Source: the human T2T-CHM13v2.0 reference genome, Homo sapiens
Strand: one strand, 5' to 3'
DNA: 64,000 nt
Assembly (NCBI RefSeq): GCF_009914755.1
Contig: NC_060927.1
The notes beneath the pieces were generated by a model. The model was given only the letters and a program-made list of their open reading frames with translations, was not told where the DNA came from and made no database searches. Below are positions 50,850 to 64,000 of this stretch, in pieces (the stretch's first letter is position 1; each line of letters starts with the position of its first letter). The position numbers and the translations under genes were made by a program.

Positions 50850-52460
50850 GTTACCCGCGGGCCTGAGGGTGCTGACTTTTTAGAATGGGCGAGGGCAGCT
50901 GTGTCCCAGTGACCAGAACGATTACTGCCTTTAAAAAGTCATGAAAATGATCGTGAACTGTACCCCACACCGAGCGCGCGTCTGCCCCCCAAGACTGTGG
51001 AGACGCCCCCAGCTTCCGCCGCCAGCTCGCGGGGCAGGAGGGGTGAGAGCGACTCTGGCCAGGCCCCAGGGACGGGGACCGGGTTTCGTGGCCCTGACCG
51101 GGGAGAGCCCAGGAACTCACGTGGCAGGAGCGCCGGGGGTTTCAGCAGGGAGACCCATCCCGTCTGCCCCTGGACTTCCGCAAGCCCCGCAGGCCTCTCC
51201 GCTCGCCCCGCCGCCCACCTGCCAGGGGAAGGAGCGCAGTGTGCGCGCCGCTAGGAAGCGGCGCTCGAAACTCTGCAGCAAGAGTTTGGTACCCGCGTTC
51301 TCCTCAGGCGCCATGACGTGGGCGGGGCCGCAGCGTTGCCAGGAGACCGGGCGGAAGCCGGGCCTGGACTGAAAAGGGGGCGGGCCCAGGGTAGTGCGCG
51401 GAGGCAGAGAGGTGGCGGGGCCTAGGGGTAGGGTCAGGAGGAGCGTCCTGGGGGCGGGCGCTAGGGCGGGGCCAAGATGAGCTTAGGAGGGTGGGGCCTG
51501 GGGTGGGGCCAGGATGAGCGTCATGAGAGCGAGGCCTGGGGTAGGGCCAGAATTAACGTCGTTGGGGCAGGTCCTGGGTAGATTCCAGGTTGGCGGGTCC
51601 TGGGGCGGGGCCAGGATAGGGCGATCCTGGAAGCTGGGCTTCGGAAGCGTCCAGGTTGGTGGCGTCCTGGAGGCGGTGCCTTGCGTGAGGGCAGGATAAG
51701 AGTCCTGGAGGCGGGCATTAGGGCGGGGATAAACGCCATTGGGTTCAGGAGGCGGGACTCGGAGCAGAGCCCAGGAGACAGGTCCTAGGGCGGGGCTAAG
51801 GCCAGACCCAGAGAAGGGCTCAGGAGGCGGGGCCGGGGCGGGGCGTTGACTATGTCTTAGCACATGGCCAGGCGGTGCGCGGACTCTGGGAGGCGGAGCT
51901 TAGGACGGGCCCACGTGGGGAGGGGCCCAGGGTCCGGGAGGCGGGGCGGAGTCCAGGCTGCGGGCTGCGCTCAGGAGGCGGGCCCTGGGAGGCGGAGCTT
52001 AGGGAGGGGCCGGTGTCGGGAGGGACCCAGGGACTGGGAGGCCGGTCGGGGCTGGGCTCAGGGGCCCAGACCTAGCTGGGCTTGGGGCGGGGCCGAGACG
52101 GAGCGAGGGGTCCAGGGTGTGGGAAACGGGGAGGGGTTTGAGGAGGGGATCGGAATGTGGCTCAAGTTCGGGAGGCGTTACCTGCGGAGGGTTTGAGGCA
52201 GGTCCAGGAGCGAGCCCACGGTCTGCCGACGCGGGGCCAGGGGCGGGCCCCAGGATCCGGAGCTTCGGGCGGGGCCGAGTCCGGGTTTGGGGCCCGGGAG
52301 GCGGGGCCAGTTAGAGCGAGGGTCCCTGGGATCGTCAGGTCAGGCCTTGGGCTAACGTAGGCACTCGCAGTTCCTCCGCCTTCAGGAAGGTCTTTTTAGC
52401 AGGGGCCTTACGGGTGCGCGCTTCGGTCCTGGAGGCCTTATCCTAGCCTCCTCTCTCCAT
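50850..52460. promoter_or_regulatory. CpG island / GC-box-rich promoter of the FAM86 pseudogene
   Basis: High CpG density; many GGGCGGGG and GGAGGCGGG motifs upstream of the ATG at 51314. Confidence 0.85.
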
Positions 52461-53710
52461 CAGCGCCACCCGTCTGGGGCCCAAAAGGAGGGAGCTTTAC
52501 CTCTGTCCCCCAGCCTTTGGAGTGTCACCAAACAAGCCATTCGTTCACCAAATACTTATTAAGTGCCTGACAACGGAGATGTAACGGTGAGAAAAACTCG
52601 GTGTTGTCCAGGCCCTCCAGGGGCTCAGGGGCTCGTGGAAGAAGTGGACATTGAAGTATTTATCACACAAATGAGTGTAAAAGTACAATAGCATATCTGC
52701 CACGAAGGTGAGCAGACAGAGCTAGCGGGGCTTGCAGGAGGAGTTTTGATCTTGCGGGGACAGGAAGGAGGAGTTAGCTCCTGCGGGGTGGGATTGGGGG
52801 TTGTGGTGATATAGACGTGGGGACAGAGTGGAAAACAACAAAAATATAATTATTTTAGTTCAAAGTTATTGTGTCTTGAGTTGAAAGGCAGGGCAGTTAG
52901 CAACACAGTTCAGATTTCAGTACTGTCCCTGAAATCTGAACTGTGTTCAAAGTCTAAAACGTTTACCTTAGCAAATTCCTCATAAAACTCCATTTGGAAG
53001 AGTCCCGAGAGCTAATTTGTTAAGTATACTTGCAGAAGGTAGATGAGGAGACAGATTAAATCTTATTACCTCTTTCAGATGAGAGGCACTTGAGCCCTGC
53101 TCAGCTATGAGAATAAGAGGGGGAATTAATTCTAATTGAATACACTTGTTCTCTTATAGCTGTTGTTCCCCACCAGAACCAAATGAGCGCAAGATCTGAC
53201 AAAGAAAAAAAAAGGTTCATCTTTTATTCCCCCATACCCTTTCATTTAAATCAAGAGGATGAGATGTGGTTATTGCTGTGTTTTTAGGCAGAATCAACGG
53301 TTTCTGGGTCTGAGATGTTGCATACACCCTCTCAGTCCCTGTAGCCTGAGATGGAGTCACGTGAGAATCCACAGCAAGTCCTAACCAGGGATGGGTCTGG
53401 GTGATTAAGGAAGGTTGGCTTCAGAACTGGGCCAGGGGCACTGCTTTGCTTTTGCTGTTTTGATCAGCTCTCTGCCTGCAGGAGACAAGGAAAATCAATG
53501 GGAACAGGTTAGTTATACTCAGAAATCCTGGGCTTATTTTATTAACTCACATAATAGCTATTAATTGTCTTTCCTCCAAGGAGCAAAAGGGCATATACGG
53601 TCAATGCCATAGTAAATAACACTGTATTATGTTATACTAAAATATTAATCTAGGTTGGTTCAGTCTTTCCTGATTCCATAGATTGGAAACGGATTGAAGA
53701 AGGACGCTAG

Positions 53711-54432
<722 letters not shown>

Positions 54433-55091
54433 TCACTGAAGGGATTTTTTTAATGTCACGTGGCTCTCACAGGTGCGGTGTGTTCAGTTGCAAGTAAAGA
54501 TTACGAATGATGCTTAAAAACAAACGTAAAATTCCAGGTGATGTTGCTATGGGGAGCAGCATTAGGACAATCTGAGTGGTTTCAGTTGCAAGAGTGTGCG
54601 TGTACGTGCAAGAACTACAGTCAAGATTCAACTTCTGGCTTTGAGGGTCTCTTTAATAACAGTAATAGCAACCTAAGTCAGTTTAACAGTATGGAATGGT
54701 TGCCTTTTAGAAGTTAAGCTATGGGCATGGAAGTTCAATCAGTACATTGAAGTTTTTCCTTTATCTCTCCTATGGTTAATGGTTTCTGCAGAAAAGGACC
54801 AATTAATTTCTTTCTAAAACGTTGCTTCAGGGTGTAGAGTCCTTTATAGGTCATGTGTCAACTTACAGAAAATTTTTATAGTTCAAATATAAATTACGTT
54901 CAATGTAGACTTTGTAATAGAATTTAAGGTTAAGTAAAGTTTCCACTTTCCTTAGGCTGTTTGCAGTGCCCAGCAGGCCCCATCATATCGAGATGGAAGT
55001 TATGTTAAAGGAGGAGGTTGGCCAGGGTTGGGCAGAATAAGGACTATGGGCAGCTCAGGCTAATGATACAATGATTGAGATGTAGAAAGAG

Positions 55092-55675
55092 GGCCAGGCA
55101 TGGGATAACGCCTGTAATCCCAGTGCTTTGGGAGGCCAAGGCAAGAGGATCGCTTGAGGTCAGACCAGCATGGTCAACAGAGTGAGACCTAACCTGTAGA
55201 AAAAAAAAAAACACAAAAAAACAAAAAAATTAGTTGGGCATGATGGTGTGCTCCTGTAGTCTCAGCCACTTGGAAGGCTGAGGTCAGGGGATCCCTTGAG
55301 CCCAGGAGTTTGAGGCTGCAGTGAGCTATAATCACATAACTGTACTCCAGCCTGGGTGACAGGGTGAGGCCCTGACTCAAAAAAAAATTGAGTCAGGGAA
55401 AAAATTGGAAATCTTAATCCTCGGTACCCAGGAATGTGACCTTATTTGGAAATATGGTCTTTCTAGATGTAATCAAGTAACGATGAGTCATCCTGGATTG
55501 GGGGCTGCTGGTGAGGGGGCAGATGCAATGACTGGTGTCCTTATAAAAGAAGAGAATGAGGGCTGGGCATGGTGGCTCATGCCTGTAATCTCAGCACACT
55601 TTGGGAGGGTGAGGTGGGGGGATCACTTTAAGTCAGGAGTTCGAGACCAGCCTGGCCAATAATAACAATAAAAAA
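55092..55675 (+). mobile_element. AluJ, MLT1 fragment and partial Alu
   Basis: AluJ 55092-55388; gaatgtgaccttatttggaaat MLT1 motif; left arm 55561-55660. Confidence 0.75.
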
Positions 55676-56267
55676 GCCATTTTAGATTCCAATCCACTGA
55701 AAGAAAACTGTCCCTTAGTTAATGTCATGCTTATTGGATCCATGAAGTCTTTGCAAATTTAAACTACAAGGACACTGCTCTCTGTGGTGGTGGAGAGAAT
55801 ACCAAGGATTTAAAGGTCTTTAAGAAAGAGAATGTAGAAATCGTACCCATTGGAAACAGCAAGATGATGATAATCGTACTGACAGTAATAATAAGCTCAA
55901 ATATATAGAGCTTACTATGTATCATGAATTGTTCTGAATGCTTCATAAATATACGTTCCCTCCTTTACCCTCATGGCAGCCCAGTAAAGGCGCCATTCCC
56001 CATTTTACAGCTGGGGAAACTGAGTTACAGAGCTTTTCTGCACTGAGTCATCAGGAGCAAATGCTAGATCAGGTAATTGAACCCAAGCAATCTGGTTCCA
56101 GAGCCAAAGAGATGTATTTTTTATGGTATAAAAACATATACATACATTTTTAGGGGAAGGGTGGGGGTAGGATGGGATGAGGATTCTGGGTAATTGCTTG
56201 GTAAATGCCAAATACCTTTCTTGTCTGTCCCTCTTTTCAAATGATAAAGTAATGTCAATTGCAGCAC

Positions 56268-56566
56268 TTTTTTTTTTTTTTTGAGACAAGTTCTAGCTGG
56301 AGTACAGTGATGCAGTCATAGCCCACTGCAGCCTGAAATTCCTGGGCTCAAGCGATCCACCCACATCAGCTTCCCAAGTAGTTGGGACTACAGGCCCACA
56401 CTAGTATGCCCAGCTAATTATTTTAATTTTTGTAGAGATGGCAGGTGGCGGTGTGGGGGTGTCTCTCTATGTTGCCCAGGCTGGTCTCGAACTCTTGACC
56501 TCAAGTGAACCTCCTGCCTCAGCCCCACAAAGCTCTGGAATTATAGGTGTGAGCCACTGTGGCTGG
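56268..56566 (-). mobile_element. AluJ
   Basis: Antisense dimer. Confidence 0.85.
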
Positions 56567-57252
56567 CTACAACACTATTTATTTATATTTTGGACCAACA
56601 GATATTCTAGCATATAAGAAATGTGATGCTCTCTGTACATTGAAGAGTTGGTCTAATATTTGTCCTGGTCGATACAGAAATTGCCTGTCTGCTCCACTCT
56701 GGTTGAAGAAACCAGTCTGACTGTCTCTGAGGCTATGGAGCAGTCCATCAAGAATGAAAGCCCTCTGCCAGGCACGTTGGCTCACACCTGTAATACCAGC
56801 ACTTTGGGAGGCCGAGGCAGGTGGATCACTTGAGGTCAGGAGTTCGACACCAGCATGGCCAACATGGTGAAACCCTGTCTCTACAGAAAATAATACTTTG
56901 CAAGGCCTCAGAAACTCTGCTATCCACAGGCAGGTGAGATATTACCTTCCCTACCACCTGGCAGTCATAGTCTATGACACGATTCAGCTTTATGGAAGTG
57001 CTTCTCTAAAGAACTTCCCCCAATTTAAGATGATCTTAATTTGCTTACTTGTTTACTGTCCATTTAGCTGCTCTAAAATATGAGCTCCAAATCAGGGGCC
57101 ATGTCTGGTTGGTTACCCATTTCCTGGGACCTAGAACGGGCCTAGCTCAGAGCAGGTGCTCACTATTGATGGAATGCATGTTGAAAGAATGCGTGAATCT
57201 CATCTCCTTTTGTGGGTGAAAAACTCATCCTATTCTCACCCTGATTAACTTC

Positions 57253-57541
<289 letters not shown>

Positions 57542-59308
57542 TCTCTTGATTAACTTAATGGAAATATTTACAGAGATTCTTTCTCTTCTGGGTTCTAGCG
57601 TCTTATGTGTAACCTCTGCAGGTAATACATTTTCCTTCCTGATGATAGCATTTCTATGGTTGCTTTAACTTGCAAATCCTCTAATACTTATTTATTCCAT
57701 TTCTGATTGGCATTAGACATAATTCTCAATTTTTAGTGACAGCACTTTGTTTAACTTACATATAAATCGACTTTGCCTTGAAATGTGACATTGACTAGAA
57801 GGATGAAACTTCTAACATTCTGTACAACATAGTTTGACTGGCTAATTTATTATTTAGAAGAAGTTAATATTGCCATTATGAGGGACTTAGGTGGCTCTGA
57901 AGAACCAGTTGCATTTCTAATGTTTGCAATGTTAAATCACAGATATTGCCAACATGAAATAGTTTCCATATGCTGTGTTCTCAATACACACCATTTCCAA
58001 AGATATCCCAAGCTGTAGTCTTAGGAAACTGTGATTTTTCTTATTTCATCTCATAGGAATTTGGGGAGCTATGGGGGATCTCCATAAAATGAGCTCCAGA
58101 AAGACACATGTGTGCACACACACACACTCACACATGAACCACACCACAATTGACTCTGTTTATTTGGGACCCATGATTATCAGAAGTGCTATTTTCAACA
58201 AATACTTCTGAGAAATAATCTGAACACTTAATTGGATGCAAAAGAGTGGCTATTTACTATTCTACCCTTTATTTAGCATAATCAGTGTTTCCAGCAGCAA
58301 AAGCAATTGGAAAATCGATAGTTTTATTAGGTTCATTATTCTCCCTTAGCATAGTGTGGCATCAGCATGGCTATTATTCTTAAACTGCCTCTTTAAAACA
58401 AGGGCTTGTGCTTCTTCCAGGCAATTCCTAACTCTTGGGTTTTGTAGAGGGTCCAAAACTCTTTAGAACCTATAATTCAAGGAAAGGCTCCACTTTGGTT
58501 TTGCATTTTGTCTGGTCTCTTTCGGTGACAGAATTTATATCACAAGGTGCACATATTTTGGGGAGGCTATGGACAGCCCATTGCACTTGTGCTTTGGTAG
58601 GAAGTACGTGCCGTTAAGGGGAAGGAGTTAGTTACTGATTCTAGGGAACAATTGGGTAGAAAGAGATGGACTCCCTGTATTTGAAATTCAGAACTCAAGC
58701 TTGGCTCTAAGTGTTTCCTTGCTTTGCTGTGCTCCAAGCGAGTCACTGAGCAGAAGGAAGCGAGTTGCCTGAGATTCCTCAAAGCCCGCAGCCCTTTTGG
58801 AGGTTACATTGTTATTCTCAGAGCCTTTATGATCCATAATAAAGACCTAGCTTGGACCAATATTAGGATGAGTTATCTTGCTATGAACATTTTTTAGGTA
58901 GAAGTTGCTGGTCCCATCTTGCTCACAATCCTCCAAAGTTTGGAAGTTACTTTCCAGGAGACTTAGCTTGCACTGAGAGCTGCCCTCCCACCCTCTCTCC
59001 AAATTTCCTCTTGGGAGTAGCCTAACAAGGTGCTGTCACAGACCCTTGCCAGCCACGATGACCCCACCCAGACCATCCCTCTGCTGTTTCACTCTTTGAT
59101 ACTCTCTGGAGCTCTCTGGGGAGGGGTGAGACCTGCTGTCTGCTTTGTACTGTTTGCCCAGGTCTTACAGTCATGGCTGGCTCCTCTCTCTGAGAACTGG
59201 GACTCCTGAACTTGGTGAAATACCTCAGCCATCGATCATGTTAAATTATCGGGGACACTCATTAAAAATGTGAGTCTGCTCCAGATGGACTCTCTCTCTT
59301 TCTGCCCT

Positions 59309-59392
59309 GACCGTGAGGGAGACCGTGAGAGAGAGAGACCGTGAGAGAGAGAAACCGTGAGAGAGACCATCAGAGAGAGAGAGAGAGACCGT
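59309..59392 (+). repeat. Compound ACCGTG(AG)n repeat
   Basis: accgtg units separated by variable AG runs. Confidence 0.8.
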
Positions 59393-60661
59393 GCCCTGAC
59401 CTGCTGGACAGTGGAGATGCTTGTGGGCTGTGAGCAACAGATGCAAGGGCTGCCGGGAATCCCATCTTTCCAGCATCATCTGCCAAGGCACATCAGTTCC
59501 TGGGTGTCTTGATGGGTTCTGGCAGCATTACTGTCATTGAAGGAAAACATTTTAGCCATATTAAAGGTGAACTCAGCAATCCCCACACAGCCTGCCTGGA
59601 AGGGACGCGGGACAAGGGTAGGTTCTCCCTGTGATGGACAGGAGGCAGGCGACCCTCCCACAGCCCTACCTGGCAATGCAGATGTGTCCCCAAAAGGCAC
59701 TGGGGGCAGCTGGAGTGCTGTGCCTAGGCGGGCTCACCCGGGCAGCGGTTCGCTCTGATTGCAGTGGTTTCCCACCAGCTCCTTGGAGAGCTGGCAGATG
59801 ACCCAGCCCCACAGCAGGAGCCGGGAATGGCAGAACGAGATACAACAATTTGATATCCACTTGCCAGATGAGCCGGGTGTCCTCAGTCGCCTGGCTCTGT
59901 GCCCAACCTCTTTTTACATAAACACTTATGAATTGAGCCAGGAGGAAAAGCACTCTGATTATGAATTGAGCAGAAGGAAACAAAGTTCTGCAGATAAACA
60001 CCAATGAAACAAAAAACCACGAATAAGAAAAATGACAGAAAAGGAGAACCTTCCCAGAAGCCTCCTGCCAGTGAACGGTCACCAGAGCAAGAGCATGGAG
60101 GCCCTGGGTTTTGAACTGTGAGATAAGGAAGATGATGAAAACCTCCCTAGCAGCCAGGCAAGCACAAGATTCCTGTGAAATCCAGGTCTAAGTGTTTTGA
60201 CAACAGAAGTAATATTATGTCATAGGTGAGAGCTGTGAGTTGCTGAACCCAAAGTGAGTTCAAATCCGAGCTCTGCCTCCTGCTACCTGTGTGACTTTGA
60301 GAAGTTCCAGCACTGCTTTGTGCCTCAGTTTTGTCATCTGTTAAATGGGCGTAATCACAGCTCCTGCCTCAGAGTTGTTGTAAATTAATACATGTAAAGC
60401 ACTGAAATCAGCCTGGTATATAGTAAGTGTTATGAACGTTATTTTCTTGGAAGGACAGAACTTATTTTCATGGTCTAATCCTGAAAGTCTAAAAAATGTG
60501 AGAGAAGAGGAAAGAATCTAGAGTCTCACCATGAGGGGGAAAAGTCAACTTGAAGCAGGACAGGGTCATTGACAATTTCCTGTGATTCCACAGCTGCCTT
60601 GTACACTATGGTAGCTCCTAGCCACTCGTTGTTTAGATTTTGTGATTTAGAAATGAATTAA

Positions 60662-60954
<293 letters not shown>

Positions 60955-61116
60955 TTAAGAGAAAATTGAAAATTCAGTTCTTCATTCTCACCAGCCACAT
61001 TTCAAGGGCTCATCAGCCCATGTGGATGTCTAGCAGCTCCCATGTTGGATAGTGCAGAGTAGAGCAAGTCCGCCATTGCAGAATGTTTGATTGGACCATG
61101 ACTGAATAGTCTATTG

Positions 61117-62031
<915 letters not shown>

Positions 62032-62939
62032 TAGTTCCAAGCACCTTCCCTGCATTTTCTCAGTTAATCCTCCCAGTGACTCTGAAGCAGGGACTATGAC
62101 AATCTTCATTTCACAGATGGGGCAACTCAGGCACAGAGAGGAAGTCAATGGCCACGGTCGCCCAGCTGAGGAAGGATGGAGCCGGCTGAGATCCTGTTCT
62201 GGGGATCTAACTCTGCAGCCTGCATTCTGGGCTGCTGTATTCTCCCATGTTGCTATCTGACGAGCACAGCATGGGCTCAGAGTACAGAGAGGAGACACCA
62301 GCTAATAAGGATAGGTCTGGGGTGAAGGCTGGTGCCTTGGGGAAGAAGAGAGATGCCCCATTCTAAAGGGATGCCGTTGGAAGCTCATAGTGATAAAGCA
62401 AAGCCAACAGGTTTTGGGGCTGGGAGTTAAGCACACAGCTCTGGTTTCTGCCTTTTCACAGTGGTGATGAATGGGCACTGAGACCCTCTCAAGCTAAAGT
62501 TGTCATCACTGCTCTTCATAGTCTGAAGGTGCATGAAATGGTCAACTTTCTTCCAAAGGGCTTTTATGCCTAAGTCTGAGGTTAGTGTATAAACAGATAT
62601 TTACTGAAGTCCTGCTGGGTGCAGACACCGTGGCCAGCCCTGAGGCTACCGTCGAGATGAAGCCAGTCTCTGTCCTCATGAAGACCTGTCTATTGATAAG
62701 AAAAGAGAAAGCTCACTGAGCATTGACCCTGTGCCCACTGCTTTTGGTGCATCTCTCATTTAATCCTTCTATCAAATCTGTGAAATAAACACATCACCAT
62801 CATCCCTATTTCACATTTAGGGAAACATATGCTTAGAGAGGGTAAGTAACTTGGTCAAGGTCACACAGCTTCGAACTCTCCTCCCACAGGCGCAGGAATG
62901 AGATGCAGCAGCTGGGGAAGCCAGGGTCTCTGGCAGTCC

Positions 62940-63083
62940 TTGTCTCTGGGCAGTGATCCAGAGAGAGAACACGATTGTCTCAGCACTGGATCTTCTTCTG
63001 AGTCGTTTTGAAGGAGCAATTGCAGAGCGTCTCGGTGTTAAACATCATGTTGTGAATGACTCCGTGATCTCTGACCCAGTGTC
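62940..63083 (-). pseudogene. ENPP7-like (alkaline sphingomyelinase family) exon relic, ENPP7P type
   Basis: ccccaag|GA CAC TGG..: HWVRDHGVIHNMMFNTETL..IQC*DNRVLS/WITAQRQ versus ENPP7 KYIENHGVVHNMYYN..WWDNGSVPIWITAQRQ; one stop and a 2-nt deletion. Confidence 0.8.
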
Positions 63084-63180
63084 CTTGGGGATAAAGGAGG
63101 GGAGGTATGGAGAAGCTCTTCGAATGGATGTTACGGGGGTGTCAGTGTTCTTTGAGGGCACAGGCTATGTGTCACCAAAT

Positions 63181-64000
63181 TGAAGGGTTGGCCTGCCCCT
63201 CCACACTTGTGGGTATTTCTAGTCGGGTGGGATGAGAGACGGAGAAAAGAAGACACAGAGACAATGTATAGAGAAACAACAGTGGGTCCAGGGGACCGGC
63301 ACTCAGCACAGCAAGGACCTGCACCGGCACCGGCCTCTGAGTTCCCTCAGTTTTTGTTGATCATGATTTTCATTATTTCAGCAGAAAGGAATGTAGTAGG
63401 AGAGCAGTGTGATAATAAGGAGAAGGTCAACAAAAAACATGTGAGCAAAGGAATCTGTATCATAATTAAGTTCAAGGGAAGGTACTATGACTGGACGTGC
63501 ACGTAGGCCAGATTTATGTTTCTCTCCACCCAAACATCTCAGCGGAGTAAAGAATAACAAGGCAGCATTACTGCAAACATGTCTCCCCTCCTGCCACAGG
63601 GCAGCTTTTCTCCTATCTCAGAGTTGAACAAATGTACAATCGGGTTTTACACTGAGACATTCAGTTCCCAGGGGCAAGCAGGAGACAGTGGCCTTCCTCC
63701 ATCTCAACTGCAAGAGGCTTTCCTCTTTTACTAATCCACCTCAGCACAGACCCTTTACGGGTGTCAGGCTGGGGAACAGTCAGGTCTTTCTCATTCCACG
63801 AGGCCATATTTCAGACTATCACATGGGGAGAAACCTTGGACAATACCCTGCTTTCAAAGGCAGAGGTCCCTTCGGCTTTCCACGGTGCATTGTGCCCTCG
63901 GTTTATTGAGACTAGAGAATGGCAATGACTTTTACCGAGTATACTGCTTGTAAACGTTTTGTTCACAAGTCACATCCTGCACAGCCCTAGATCCCCTAAA
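63181..64000 (-). mobile_element. HERV-K(HML-2) LTR5A/LTR5B-type LTR (continues past the window)
   Basis: Reverse complement ends ..gtgtggaggggcaggccaacccttca (older LTR5A/B end, not the LTR5_Hs end); U5 tctctgtgtcttcttttctc. Confidence 0.9.

Noticed and set aside
51483-52360. Overlapping Pro/Gly/Arg-rich ORFs
   Set aside because: Expected from the scarcity of stop codons in a GC-rich island
59476-59700. ELMC motif suggesting another ENPP7 exon
   Set aside because: The surrounding residues show no similarity to the ENPP7 C-terminal exon; likely chance

Overview
Human/primate genomic DNA, repeat-dense, with no prokaryotic features. The layout matches an ALG1L/FAM86/ENPP7P segmental-duplication block. 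The ALG1-like exon translations match the ALG1L2 protein as I recall it, which points to the ALG1L2/FAM86HP locus (3q22.1); this assignment is recognition, not a database hit. Left to right: (1) the 3' part of a deleted HERV-H provirus ending in LTR7 (1-4826); (2) a nested graveyard of an ERV1-type solo LTR, a MER21/ERV-L provirus with a tRNA-Leu PBS, an MST LTR holding a tailless U2 fragment, L1/L2/MLT/THE1/DNA transposons and about 45 Alus; (3) ALG1L2 on +, made of ALG1 exons 6-13 plus a first coding exon inside an antisense L2 relic, with a 1-nt frameshift in this haplotype; (4) the convergent 8-exon FAM86/EEF2KMT pseudogene on -, with its CpG-island promoter; (5) an ENPP7-like exon relic and a minus-strand HERV-K LTR5A/B at the right edge. 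I found no convincing new biological system. The most notable oddities are the L2-derived start exon, a 103-bp templated copy spanning two LTR junctions, a bidirectional poly(A) palindrome at the gene overlap, and a diverged 77-bp duplication of a FAM86 splice donor. Repeat boundaries are approximate unless a TSD is given.
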